From NCBI GenBank assembly GCA_002633005.1, contig NMRA01000170.1, positions 145,978 to 188,092 of the forward strand: a stretch of DNA of 42,115 nt, given 5' to 3'. The first letter of the stretch is position 1. Every line of letters starts with the position of its first letter. The position numbers were made by a program, and so were the translations under genes. The notes beneath the pieces are model-generated. The model was not told where the DNA came from and ran no database searches. It saw nothing but the letters and a program-made list of their open reading frames with translations. This document shows, piece after piece, positions 1-27,286 of the stretch. This stretch comes from Phoronis australis. Its lineage: Eukaryota > Animalia > Phoronida.

Positions 1-1378
1 GAAAAAGTAAACAATAGCCGTATGTGACCGTCGACGTATGTTGTACAGCCAAGCTGAGCACACAATCCTGCCGATGGCTGGCCAAATACGCGAGGACGTA
101 CGTGCGTGAAATGACTTATGGTATTGAGAATGTAGATTTATTAAAAGCCGATCATACTTTGGCAACGGAATATAATTAGTAAAATTAATTGTACAGACAC
201 TTGTTGCGCTTGACAAGTACACTGGCAGCAGGGTACGTTTCGAGGTGTCAGAGTGGGGTTTATAATTATGAAATACGACATAACCGATTAATTTGATTTA
301 AACACGGTTCACTAGATCATTTTTCTTCAGAGGGATTTCTCGGCATGTGCTTACATTGTTTAGACGTTTCACCGTATGTAGTCATGCTGGTATAATATCA
401 CTAAAAACACTTTCAGTAATCTTATCCAAAACTCATCTAACCATGCGCCAGCATAAATATTTGGAAACACATCAATTATTTTCCCCGTATTTTAATTTGA
501 TTCTATCGCAGGATCTTCCTGTTAGCAAACCACCAACACGTTACCGAAGTCAAAAGTCTTTGGTATCTGTACCATCCAGATTTTGACGCCAATTTAGAGT
601 AAACTCCATCAAGGCATCTCAGTTCCCTTCATCACGCTATTTCAGGAAAGATATGTGCTCGTTAAAATACTAACTTAAATTTCATTTTTGTCTCAACTCC
701 CAAACTTTGAAACACCCACATCTGGTAAGTTAGTCAAAATTAAGACAAAACTTCAGTCAAAAACTTAAATCAAACTTAAGATCTCTTTCTTGAAACGGAC
801 TTGAGATAATTTTAAGGTTTATCTTACAATTGGCTGAAATTAAATATTTGTCTTAGCTAAGTCAGTTTTCTTTGAACGGACTCCAGGCTTTCAATACACG
901 TCATTTGCGCGGACTTCAGGGCGTGTGCGTGCGCTCTGAATGGGCTGACAAGCAGCTTACGATTCCACTGATAACCAAATAATGTTTTTGATTGTTTTTC
1001 TATTAATAACGACCATTGTACGACAGGAAAATATACCATCATTCCCAAAATCTAATAATCAAATGTTCATTTATTCATTTCTAGCATTTCTAAGAAGTTT
1101 TTCAAAATCTATGCACAACGTTGTGACTAAAAATGGTAGCTGAATGACCGATCGAATGATTTACATGTACTTACAATCGAAAGCCCAAATACAGCTTCCT
1201 TCCATGAATTATTTAGCGGATTTAGCCATTAAATTAAATAATTGTTGACTTTCACATTTGACAGGTTGGTTTTCAGAAGATATGTGATAATGACCGCCTC
1301 GGTCGTTATCCAATTTTGGGGTCTGAAGACCAACATATTAACCTCCGAGTCGGTGAAAGTCAGTAATTGTGTATTATC

Positions 1379-1446
1379 TATATGTATATGTGCATGTATG
1401 TATATATATATATATATATATATGTATATGTATAAGTATATATATA
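1379..1446. repeat. (TA)n / (TATG)n microsatellite
   Basis: Direct reading. Confidence 0.95.
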
Positions 1447-2026
1447 ACATTACATAACCATTACCTCACGCTTACGTCACCATCTCATTGTTAATCATTA
1501 GTACCTCGATAACGCCTACTCTCATTCATAACACCTCGATGTAAGGGCAATGTCAGTTTGACTCTTGTGAAATCTAATCAACAAAAATTAAAATATTTGT
1601 CCAGGTTCCGTAGAGATTTCATAAAGTAATTTAAAAATCTTTTGTCATTTTAATTTCTGTAATGTACTACTAGTTTATACTACCTGCGACCATGCAGGTG
1701 GTAAGTTTCGTTCCAAAATCATAAAGTTCAAGATCAGGTAATCACGCCGTCACGATCAAGCATCGAAACAACGCACGAACCCCTGAATCATACATGTACG
1801 TGCAAGCCACATTCTTTGAGATTGAACATATCACTGATGGTCCTTGCGGACGATTTATGTGCGAATGAGTTTGTGGTTTGCATGCCTGATTTTTTGTTCA
1901 CTAATTTTGTGGTTCGTAAACTTTAGTAGATGATGACGCGTTTGATCATTTGATATCCCTGAAATCAGGACTGATATCTTAGTTATTACAGTCTCAGCTT
2001 GAAACTGATTTCCTTTTTGGTTGCAG

Positions 2027-16489
<14,463 letters not shown>

Positions 16490-18773
16490 AACTTCCATTT
16501 CGCTTAAGCTTTCTTTCTAAACCAACCAATGCACGGGTTTTACTTTGTTATATTTGTATAGCACTTCGAAAAAACACTGTAAACGGTTTTGATTGAAATG
16601 TTTTAGAATCTCTAATTGTTTGACAATTTTAAATGGATATTCAATTTCTGGCGTCGTCCTTAAATTCTTTTGCAGTTCAGAATCATTGTTAAGTTCCTTT
16701 TACTTTGGATTAATTTCATGTGATTTTGGGCGATTTCGACTACACCATTGTTTTAATTTTTACTAACTCAAAAAAGGGATTGTGGAGTTTAGGTTCGGTC
16801 TAGAAAAAACATAACCCGAGCTCACCTTATACGGATTATAAGATAACAGCATCCTACGTACATATAGATCAAGTACTTAAAAATATTTACAAAATATATC
16901 AACAATGAAGTTTCGAGGTTTCTAAAATTATTTAATTATGTAGTATCATTTCTTGTGTGTTTAGAAGTACATTACATTGGTTTCAAGTGGAATATAAAGC
17001 CCCACGCTGCTCTTATGTGGTCAATTATGAACTCTATTTGCCTCATACCTTTATCACGTGAAATTAGGAACACATACTCACGGCACTGAGGAATGGGAAT
17101 AAACGGTCAGGGCACACACCAAACATGAACTAAAGTAATAGTTTTCCAAGGTGGCGCTGCATGTGACTTCAATTATTTTTCGCGTGCAGGTGATACATAA
17201 CTTGGTCACAGGAAGGTCCATTGTACACGCTTGAAAGTTAATTAGTCTGGTGGAATAAAGATATATATTCGGAAATAATTTTGTCCTATATTGCACAATT
17301 TTACATCAAATTACTCATTGTATAAGAACTTTCAACTTATTCAGCTTCTGGACATTTAGGCCAGTTATATGATTTTGAAATCACATGGCTTGAGGGAAAG
17401 TTTATGAATAAACACATGTACCAATTAGGTCGCATGAGAAGATTTCTGTTAAAGCCCCAAGCAACGCCATGGGAAAACATTGTATTAGTTCATTTTTGGG
17501 CACCCCTTGTCTTGGCTGTTAATCCGACGAGTTACTGTTCCTAATTGCACGTGACAACACAGTAGTTCGAATGGAGTTCATCGATTGTTTTAGCTAGATA
17601 CGTAGCCTTACTGTAAACAAGTATTTACAGACAAAGGGATATAGGACGAATCTTCGTGAAACAAAATAATTAACAAAAACTTTGCAAACAAAAACGTTAC
17701 CTTCGTTTGTTACGATGCCTAATGAAGCAAAATTTGCGACATGTAAATCAAACAAGTATTTCCAGACAATCAGGGCGCGGGAAAAAGTAAGCAAAACGAC
17801 AGTTTGCCATCTCTGTCCCACAAATATTGGTTTTCCGATGCGATTGGGCACCTTAAATGCAAATCATCGATACAGGGAGAACGAACGAGGAAACCTGCAT
17901 GTCGCTGACAAGAGTATGTGAAAGACTTCACTATCAACTGAATATGAGCGTAAATAAACACGAAGTAACAGGAGTTCATTTCCATAAAGTTTCAGGAATA
18001 TATTAATTATATTTGATTTTATTTGATTTTATTTTAAGCAATAGCGTCTAAAAACCAAACATGCTAGCGTGACAGCGAATGTGACTTTCAAATGCAGTGG
18101 AGAACATTTTTCCCACCATCATTTGAAAAAAAAATTGTGAAATAGTCTAAAAAGCGCCTAGACTTGTCATCGATCATAAAAGTACAAGGTAGCGAAACAG
18201 TTACTGGTACCGGCGGTTCCTGTTTGAATCGGTGACAGACATCTGTGAATGGATCTTGGCGTACCAGCAGGCTGGCATAGAGGTTATGCCGCATCGTGGA
18301 ACAGTTTGCAGAAAATGATAAGATCCCTAGTAAAATGCAACACAATTAGCCCTATTGGGAACTACAGCTGACACATTTTACACCTTATAGAACCATTCAT
18401 TTCATTTTCTAACCCAATTACTAATTTTGCACAATCGAAATTTAAGAGTAATATATCCAATGCGATCTTTTGTGTCGGCTTTCGGCGCCATGAAATATTG
18501 CGTCACCTATTGGACAGTTTCTTTTTCCCCAATTCTTCAATAAACTGTTTTCTTTCACGAGTTTGCGTAAATGTCGCTATAAAATTTCGGAACAGGTTTC
18601 ATTTCATTACAAGTTTTTAGTATTTTAAAGCCTGCAAACCGAATTTCAGAACAAATTTTGCTGCTGCAAAGCTGTCATCTCCCGAGAGATGTCGCAAAAT
18701 TTTTGGAAATGGTGCGTGCGCGTGTCAGGAGCGCACTGTTTTCAAAATGACAACATAATTTTCTTTGTTACTC

Positions 18774-19302
18774 AAGAAAATGACGTTCCTTAGATTGTCT
18801 TTCACTTAAGTGGCTGCAACGTGCAAGATGAGAGTGTCTGTTGACTCCTTTATTTTGCATGAAGGCCCGTCGGTCTTTAGCTCTAAGCCTACATGTTGAA
18901 AAAAGCTTCACGGCGAGGTGACCAGCAGAACTACCCAGACTGCGAGCAATTTCGAGGTCTGTCGGAACTCAGCACAAAATGGTACCTAGCTGTATTTTGA
19001 TAGTCTTCACATACCGTACAGCTAACTGGCTGGCTAACAGGTAGCCAGCCAGCTAGCGGTATATAGACTATCTTCAAAATACAGCTAGGTACCACTGTTT
19101 GTTTTTCGTCCATAGAACCCGAAATTCCACACAGCCAGATTAGTTCTGGCGGGGTGTGCTCGTCACCCATCCGTGTAACCTGTATCAGCATGTAGAGCTA
19201 AAGACCGGACGGGGTGCATGCAAAATCTGGGAATCAAACGACATTCATCTTGCCCGTTACAGCCGTTTAAGTGAAAAATAATCTAATGAATGTCATTTTC
19301 TT
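18774..19302. mobile_element. ~530 bp imperfect palindrome (foldback/MITE-like)
   Basis: Left aagaaaatgacgttccttagattg...gtctttagctcta...ggtacctagctgtattttga pairs with right tcaaaatacagctaggtacc...tagagctaaagacc...aatctaatgaatgtcattttctt. Centre ctggctggcta-acagg-tagccagccag. Confidence 0.8.
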
Positions 19303-19324
19303 CCGTGATCATCCGCCTTTTCTA

Positions 19325-20237
19325 ATAAATATAGATTATTACATGGCGAAGTCGTTATCCCCCGTTATCTAGAGCCCAAGTGGACTTTGGAGAGGGGCGT
19401 TAGCCCCGAGGGTGATAATTCTCCAAAATCCATGAGGGCTCTAGATAAGGGGGATAACGACTGAGAACATTATTACACGGTTGTATCTGCCATTCGAGGC
19501 TAATATTGTGGTATAATTTTCATTACATATTTCAGAATACTTAAATGAGCAGGCGCAACAATCGCGTGTTCAGCAAAGGGCATTGCACCGACATTTATAC
19601 CCTATGAAAAATAAGACGCATAATTTCCATAAAAAGATATTTTAATTCAGTGAAATTTTTCTCTCGTGTTCGCTCGCTTGTAAATCATCGGTCTCCAATT
19701 TGAATGCGGTTATGGGCGTGTCGTCGGGATCCTTTGACTTGAGCATTATAGTCAGTTAGTGTTGGTATCCTACTTTAGCGATATTTTCCCGGTCGAAGCT
19801 TAGCGTGATAAAATGTGTAGTAATCTATAATAGTTGCTAAACCTTAATTTATAGATTCACTGGTTTTGAGTATAAGCATTATTTGACAAAAATAGCTCGG
19901 CTTTTCTTAAAAGGTCACGACCTCCGACCCCGGGCCTCTGACATAGAAAGTAGTTACATGTACCATTGAGCTATACCAGGTATAGCTCATTGCATGTACA
20001 AAGTCGAGGCGAGTCGAGAAAGGTAGATCGATTCATTGCAATGTTTCTCGTTCAGTATGTGGTACAAATAGAATATTACATGTTCTCAGTCGTTACCCCC
20101 CTTATATAAAGCCCTCGTGGATTTTGGAGAATTATTACCCTCGGGGCTAACGCCCATCGGGTGATGATTCTCCAAAATCCACTCGGGCTATAGATAACGG
20201 GGGATAACGACTTCGCCATGTAATAATCTATATTTAT
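19325..20237. mobile_element. ~910 bp non-coding element with ~150 bp terminal inverted repeats, each itself a long hairpin
   Basis: Left 19325-19470 (ataaatatagattattacatggcgaagtcgttatcccc...gactgagaacat) is the reverse complement of 20080-20237. Confidence 0.85.
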
Positions 20238-21091
20238 AGACACGTGCGTTAAGATCGCCTGTAATATGAAAACGTGTTTTGCAGTTTCAATACCATAACA
20301 TTAGCAAGGCAATGGTTATGCACAGAACTCTTATCAAACTTTTCCGAGTTCCACACCTAAAATTATCTCCTAAAAGGAGCTTTCTTTCTTCAGTGATCCT
20401 TTCTGCTTCTAAACATATCTTCGATGAAGCATCGCTACGGCAATTCAGGTGACTTTGGCGACGAATTCCAACTCCACTTTGATCGCTCGCGCGATAATCA
20501 CAAAGTGAGTTAGTCACGTGAGTATGAGGCAAAAAGGATAGCGCGAGACTGAGCGAAGAGCGTGACCTGGCGCGTGACTCTTGCACAATACCATGATAAA
20601 ATATCAAGTGAAATTTGTAAGACTTGTGTCCCTTGGACTTTTTGTTCGTCAACAGGCGTGATTTAACGTAACTTCCTCACAATGGCGCCCGGTGAGATAA
20701 ACTCGAGCGAACCGCGAGGTTTTCATGGATATGTTCATGTGCTAATTATAACTCCATTTGCATGTTTCAATTGATTTTATTTGCTGTATTTTAAAATGAG
20801 TAACTAGTTATGGGGATATACTATCACCTCTGTATGCCTGCGGCATTCAGGCCTAGACCTGGCGTGCGTTCAGTAGACGCTAGGACCTACACTGGGACCT
20901 AGTTAAAATCTAGTCAAAGTCACGTGTTCTCATTTAAAATACACGGCAATATCTCTCGTAATCTCGCGAAGTCTTGCTTTTTAGCGGGTCGAGTTCCAAT
21001 TTTAGTCCGGCCACAGCTTCGCACAACATAACAAGTCCACATTTTCTTCGTCCATTCACAGTTATTCCACGATCCATTTACCATCCCTTAA

Positions 21092-21953
21092 AGTGTAATT
21101 TGCAAGGTCCAAGTATGTTTAATTGCAATAATATCTTCAAGGTATTGCTATTTGGATGTATTTTATTCAAATCATCGTATTATTGTATCTTTAGTTATTT
21201 AAAAAAAGCGAAAATAAGAAAATGCGCGAAAAGTTGACCTTTGACACCGTGACATGATGTTGGGGAACACAAACCAGATCATATCCCACAATGCAGTTCA
21301 CTGCTATCATATCACAGTACACGAAGAACAAAGACTGTTCAACCTTGGCGTGTTTTAGCCATGGTGCATCCGTGTGTGTGTGCTATTTTAACACCACCCA
21401 GGTGGAAGGCATGAGCCCATTTAAATTCTAAAAAGAAAAGCATCTGGCTGCGTAATGGCAGATTTTCGTGTGCTCTGCTCGTCTTTTGACTGAAAATGAC
21501 TGTCGAGTCAGCCATCTGTCGGAGCCGAAATATGCTCCGACCATTTTGAGGACGGCTGCTTTGACGACAAACACATCATGAAGGTTGAAGGTGGTCTTAT
21601 AAAAAGGTAAGTTACCTTGAGAATTTTGATGTCTAATAATTCATGACGCTTTCGCAGTGCCTGAACAATAACAATCTTTTTTCACAATCACCGTAGTTCT
21701 CAAGTGTTTGAAATCTGTTGTTTTTCCGTGAAAGATTTAGTTATAAATGGATCAGTAAAACTAAAAGCCACAACAAATAAAGCTGATCTCAAAAGATGCA
21801 TGTATTTTGAAAAGAATGCAGACTATGAATAAAGTAAAACAGGATGGTAACTCAATTCCAAGGTTGTGATTATTAAAGTAGTCTGTTTCAAAAAAAAAAC
21901 AGGATTAAAATCTAGTTTTGGCATTTGCTTGAAGGTTATAAAAGAAAGCGAAA
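21092..21953 (+). mobile_element. 5' end of a putative Kolobok-like DNA transposon with a degenerate THAP domain, truncated by the N
   Basis: Starts AG right after TTAA (21088-21091) and is absent from copy 2. 21361-21606 reads MVH.CV..., FNTT...GMS, FKF*KEK...*WQIFV and GAEICSDHFEDGCFDD across frameshifts, then AG|GTAAGT. Confidence 0.6.
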
Positions 21954-21954
21954 N

Positions 21955-22123
21955 ACATTCGCCTCTCTCCCATGACGACGAATACGCACGAGTTACCATC
22001 GGTGGTTTCTTGTTTGCCCGAGGAGAGGAGCTGATTCACTGGCAAGATATGATGGCGCAGCCGCGAACTGCTGTTTCGAAGTGGCATGCTTTGGTTCAGC
22101 CAGTCACTCCGTTGTCTTCTTGA
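21955..22123 (+). other. Duplicate fragment of SYT15-like last exon (HSPLSHDDEY...VTPLSS*), probably allelic / assembly-derived
   Basis: Identical peptide; the only difference seen is a synonymous TTC>TTT. No acceptor; begins at the N. Confidence 0.85.
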
Positions 22124-24429
22124 AACTTCCATTTCGCTTAAGCTTTCTTTCTAAACCAAACAATGCACGGCTTTTACTTTGTTATATTTGTATAGCACTT
22201 CGAAAAAACACTGTAAAAGGTTTTGATTGAAATGTTTTAGAATCTCTAATTGTTTGACAATTTTAAATGGATATTCAATTTCTGGCGTCGTCCTTAAATT
22301 CTTTTGTAGTTCAGAATCATTGTTAAGTTCCTCTACTTTGGATTAATTTCATGTGATTTTGGGCGATTTCAACTACACCATTGTTTTAATGTTTACTAAC
22401 TTAAAAAAGGATTGTGGAGTTTAGGTTCGGTCTAGAAAAAACATAACCCGAGCTCTCCTTATACGGATTATAAGATAACAGCATCCATCCTACGTACATA
22501 TAGATCAAGTCTGAAAAGTACTTAAAAATATTTACAAAATATATCAACAATGAAGTTTCGAGGTTCCTGAAATTATTTAATTATGTAGTATCATTTCGTG
22601 TGTGTTTAGAAGTACATTACATTGGTTTCAAGTGGAATATAAAGCCCCACGCTGCGCTTATGTGGTCAATTATGAACTCTATTTGCCTCATACCTTTATC
22701 ACGTGAAATTAAGAACGCATACTCACGGCACTGAGGAATGGGAATAAACGGTCAGGGCAAACACCAAACATGAACTAAAGTAATAGTTTTCCAATGTGGC
22801 GCTGCACGTGACTTCAATTATTTTTCGCGTGCAGGTGATAGATAACTTGGTCACAGGAAGATCCATTGTACAGTCCACGCTTGAAAGTTAATTAGTCTGG
22901 TGGAATAAAGATATACATTCGGAAATAATTTTGTCCTATATTGCACAATTCTACAGCAAATTACTCATTGTATAAGAACTTTCAACTTATTCGGCTTCTG
23001 GACATTTAGGCCAGTCATGTGGTTTTGAAATCACATAGCTTGAGGGAAAGTTGATGAATGAACACATGTACCAATTAGGTCGCATGAGAAGATTTCTGTT
23101 AAAGCCCCATGCAACGCCATGGGAAAACATTGTATTAGTTCATTTTTGGGCACCCCTTGTCTTGGCTGTTAATCCGACGAGTTACTGTTCCTAACTGCAC
23201 GTGACAACACAGAAGTTCGAATGGAGTTCATCGATTGTTTTACCTAGATACGTAGCCTTTCTGTAAACAAGTATTTACAGACAAAGGGATATAGGACGAA
23301 TCTTCGTGAAACAAAATAATTAACAAAAATTTTGCAAACAAAAACGTTACCTTCGTTTGTTACGATGCCTAATGAAGCAAATTTGCGACATGTAAATCAA
23401 ACACGTATTTCCAGACAATCAGGGCGCGGGAACAAGTAAGCAAAATGACAGTCTGCCATCTCTGTCGCACAGATATTGGTTTTCCGATGCGATTGGGCAC
23501 TTTAAATGCAGGTCATCGACACAGGGAGAACAAACGAGGAAACCTGCATGTCGCTGACAAGAGTATGTGAAAGACTTCACTATCAACTGAATATGAGCGT
23601 AAATAAACAAGAAGTAACAGGAGTTCATTTCCATAAAGTTTCAGGAATGTATTAATTATATTTGATTTTATTTGATTTTATTTTATGCAATAGTGTCAAA
23701 AAACCAAACATGCGTGCGTGACAGCGAATATGGCTTTCAAATGCAGTGGAGGACGTTTTTCCCACCATCATTTGTGAAATAGTCTAAAAAGGGCCTAGAC
23801 TTGTCATCAATCATAAAAGTACAAGGTAGCAAAACAGTTACTGGTACCGGCGGTTCCCGTTTGAATCGGTGACAGACATCTGTGAATGGATCTTGGCGAA
23901 CCAGTAAGCTGGCATAGAGGTTATGCCGCAGCGTGGAACAGTTTGCAGAAAATGATAAGATTTCTAGTACTGGGACCTATCCCTAGTAAAATGCAACACA
24001 ATTAGCCCTATTGGGAACTACAGCTGACACATTTTACACCTTATAGAACCATTCATTTCATTTTCTAATCCCATTACCAATTTTGCACCATCGAAATTTA
24101 AGAGTAATATATCCAATGCGATCTTTTGTGTCTGCTTTCGGCGCCATGAAATATTGCGTCACCTATTGGTCAGTTTCTTTTCCCCCAATTCTTCAATCAA
24201 CTGTTTTCTTTCACGAGTTTGCGTAAATGTCGCCATAAAATTTCGGAACAGGTTTCATTTCATTACAAGTTTTTAGTATTTGAAAGCCTGCAAACCGAAT
24301 TTCAGAACAAATTTTGCTGCTGCAAAGCTGTCATCTCCCGAGAGATGTCGCAAAATTTTTGGAAATGGTGCGTGCGCGTGTCAGGAGCGCACTGTTTTCA
24401 AAACGACAACATACTTTTCTTTTTTACTC

Positions 24430-24953
24430 AAGAAAATGACGTTCATTAGATTGTCTTTCACTTAAGTGGCTGCAACGGGCAAGATGAGAGTGTCTGTTGA
24501 CTCCTTTATTTTGCATGAAGGCCCGTCGGTCTTTAGCTCTAGGCCTACATGTTGAAACAAGCTTCACGGCGAGGTGACCAGCAGAACTAACCAGACAGCG
24601 GGCAATTTCGAGGTATGTCGGAGCTCAGCACAAAATGGTACCTAGCTGTATTTTGATAGTCTTCACATACAGCTAACTGGCTGGCTAACAGGTAGCCAGC
24701 CAGCTAGCGGTATAAAGACTATCTTCAAAATACAGCTAGGTACCACTGTTTGTTTTTCGTCCATAGACCCCGAAATTCCACACAGCCAGGTTAGTTCTGC
24801 CGGGGTGTGCTCGTCACCCATCCGTGTAACCTGTATCAGCATGTAGAGCTAAAGACCGGACGGGGTGCATGCAAAATCTGGGAATCAAACGACATTCATC
24901 TTGCCCGTTACAGCCGTTTAAGTGAATAATAATCTAATGAATGTCATTTTCTT
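24430..24953. mobile_element. Second (haplotype) copy of the ~530 bp palindromic element
   Basis: Same arms as 18774-19302. Confidence 0.8.
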
Positions 24954-24975
24954 CCGTGATCATCCGCCTTTTCTA

Positions 24976-25895
24976 ATAAATATAGATTATTACATGGCGA
25001 AGTCGTTATCCCCCGTTATCTAGAGCCCAAGTGGATTTTGGAGAGGGGCGTTAGCCCCGAGGGTGATAATTCTCCAAAATCCATGAGGGCTCTAGATAAG
25101 GGGGATAACGACTGAGAACATTATTACACGGTTGTATCTGCCATTCGAGGCTAATATTGTGGTATAATTTTCATTACATATTTCAGAATACTTAAATGAG
25201 CAGGCGCAACAATCGCATGTTCAGCAAAGGGCATTGCACCGACATTTATACCCTATGAAAAATAAGACGCATAATTTCCATAAAAACGATATCTTAATTC
25301 AGTGAAATTTTTCTCTCGTGTTCGCTCACTTGTAAATCATCGATCTCCAATTTGAATGCGGGTATCGGCTTGTCGTCGGGATCCTTTGACTTGAGCATTA
25401 TAGTCAGTTAGTGTTGGTATCCTACTTTAGCAGATGATATTTTCCCGGTCGAAGCTTAGCGTGATAAAATGTGTAGTAAGCTATAATAGTTGCTAAACCT
25501 TAATTTATAGATTCATTTTATTTCTATCTTGTCTAAATTTTCAATTGGTTTTGAGTAGCAATTAAGTAAGCATTATTTGACAAAAATAGCTCGGCTTTTC
25601 TTAAAAGGTCACGACCTCCGACCCCGGGCCTCTGACATAGAAAGTAGTTACATGTACCAATTGCATGTACGAAGTCGAGGCGAGTCGAGAAAGGTAGATC
25701 GATTCATTGCAATGTTTCTTGTTCAGTATGTGGTACAAATAGACTATTGCATGTTCCCCTTATATAAAGCCCTCGTGGATTTTGGAGAATTATTACCCTC
25801 GGGGCTAACGCCCATCGGGTGATAATTCTCCAAAATCCACTCGGGCTATAGATAACGGGGGATAACGACTTCGCCATATAATAATCTATATTTAT
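24976..25895. mobile_element. Second (haplotype) copy of the hairpin-TIR element
   Basis: Same termini as 19325-20237. Confidence 0.85.
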
Positions 25896-26860
25896 AGACA
25901 CGTGCGTTAAGATCGCCTGTAATACGAAAACGTGTTTTGCAGTTTCAATACCATAACATTAGCAAGGCAATGGTTATGCACAGAACTCTTATCAAACTTT
26001 TCCAAGTTCCACACCTAAAATTATCTTCAGTGATCCTTTCTGCTTCTAAACATATCTTCGATGAAGCATCGCTACGGCAATTCAGGTGACTTTGGCGACG
26101 AATTCCAACTCCACTTTTTGGTTACTGTTAACTTTGATCGCTCGCGCGATAATCACAAAGTGAGTGAGTCACGTGAGTATGAGGCAAAAAGGATAGCGCG
26201 AAACTTAGCGAAGAGCGTGACCTGGCGCGTGACACTTGCACAATAGCATGGTAAAATATCAAGTGAAATTTGTAAGACTTGTGTCCCTTGGACTTTTTGT
26301 TCGTCAACAGGCGTGATTTGACGTAACTTCCTCACAATGGTGCCCGGTGAGAGAAACTCGTGCGAACCGCGAGGTTTTCATGGATATGTTCATGTGCTAA
26401 TTATAACTCCATTTGCATGTTTCAATTGATTTTATTTGCTGTGTTTTAAAATGAGTAACTAGTTATGGGGATATACTATCACCCCTGTATGCCTGCGGCA
26501 TTCAGACCTAGACCTGGCGTGCGTTCAGTAGACGCTAGGACCTACACTGGGACCTAGTTAAAATCTAGTCAAAGTCACGTGTTCTCATTTAAAATACACG
26601 GCAATATCTCTCGTAATCTCGCGAAGTCTTGCTTTTTAGCGAGGTCCTTGCGTTACTGAACGGGAGGCGGGTCGAGTTCCAATTTTAGTCCGGTCACAGC
26701 TTCGCACAACATAACGAGTCCACATTTTCTTCGTCCATTCACAGTTATTCCACGATCCATTTACCATCCCTTAAATCGTGTTAACGTTTTAAGCGTGAAA
26801 TTCACCATAAGAACTCCAGTAAGATTTCGCGAGTGTAGCAAAAACTCGGGTTTTTCCCTC

Positions 26861-26875
26861 CTTCCGGTGACGTCA
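26861..26875. promoter_or_regulatory. Adjacent ETS-like (CTTCCGG) and CRE (TGACGTCA) motifs ~370 bp upstream of the LDLa gene start
   Basis: Motif match only. Confidence 0.25.
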
Positions 26876-27244
26876 CATTGACTAACTGTAAACTCGCAAG
26901 TGAGCTATTTGACTACTTGTGTCAATCATCTTATTTCCTTTTAATGACAACAAACATTGTCATAGACTGGCAAGTTTGTTCACGGTTAGGTAATACGTTC
27001 GTCTAGTTTGTTTGATGGTCGGAACCAATTATTGCCAGTAGATACCAAATGCGATTCAATACAAAAGCGTTTCTTGAAGCAAACCTTTGTTGTGTACCAC
27101 CAAACAACAGCAAAACAACCTTGACGTTTGCGTGTGCACTCGCAAACACGCTCAAGTACACAAAAAGTGGACAAAACATTTTCCCGCGAATTATGTGGGA
27201 AAATTACCCAAATAACCATGGTTGGCTAAATGATTCACACTAGC

Positions 27245-27286
27245 ATGGAGGACCAAGCAAAGAACAAATGCGCTGTTGACATAAAT
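27245..27286 (+). CDS. LDLa membrane protein exon 1 (MEDQAKNKCAVDIN)
   Basis: agcATGG context, GTAAGT donor at 27287, in frame with 27766. Confidence 0.6.

Larger units (their letters stand above)
21955..26775 (+). repeat. Copy 2 of ~4.8 kb duplication, starting right after the N at 21954; probable second haplotype
   Basis: acattcgcctctctcccatgacgac at 21955 matches 16321. Homology ends at ccatcccttaaa (26775 / 21092). Confidence 0.95.

Noticed and set aside
1692-1706. ACC ATG CAG GTG|GTAAGT as first coding exon of the SYT15-like gene
   Set aside because: Phase 0; joining it to the 2027 acceptor gives an immediate TAA. At most a UTR exon.
21866-22123. 85 aa ORF as a second synaptotagmin gene
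   Set aside because: Chimeric across the N; the N-terminal third is unrelated sequence and no other exons are duplicated.
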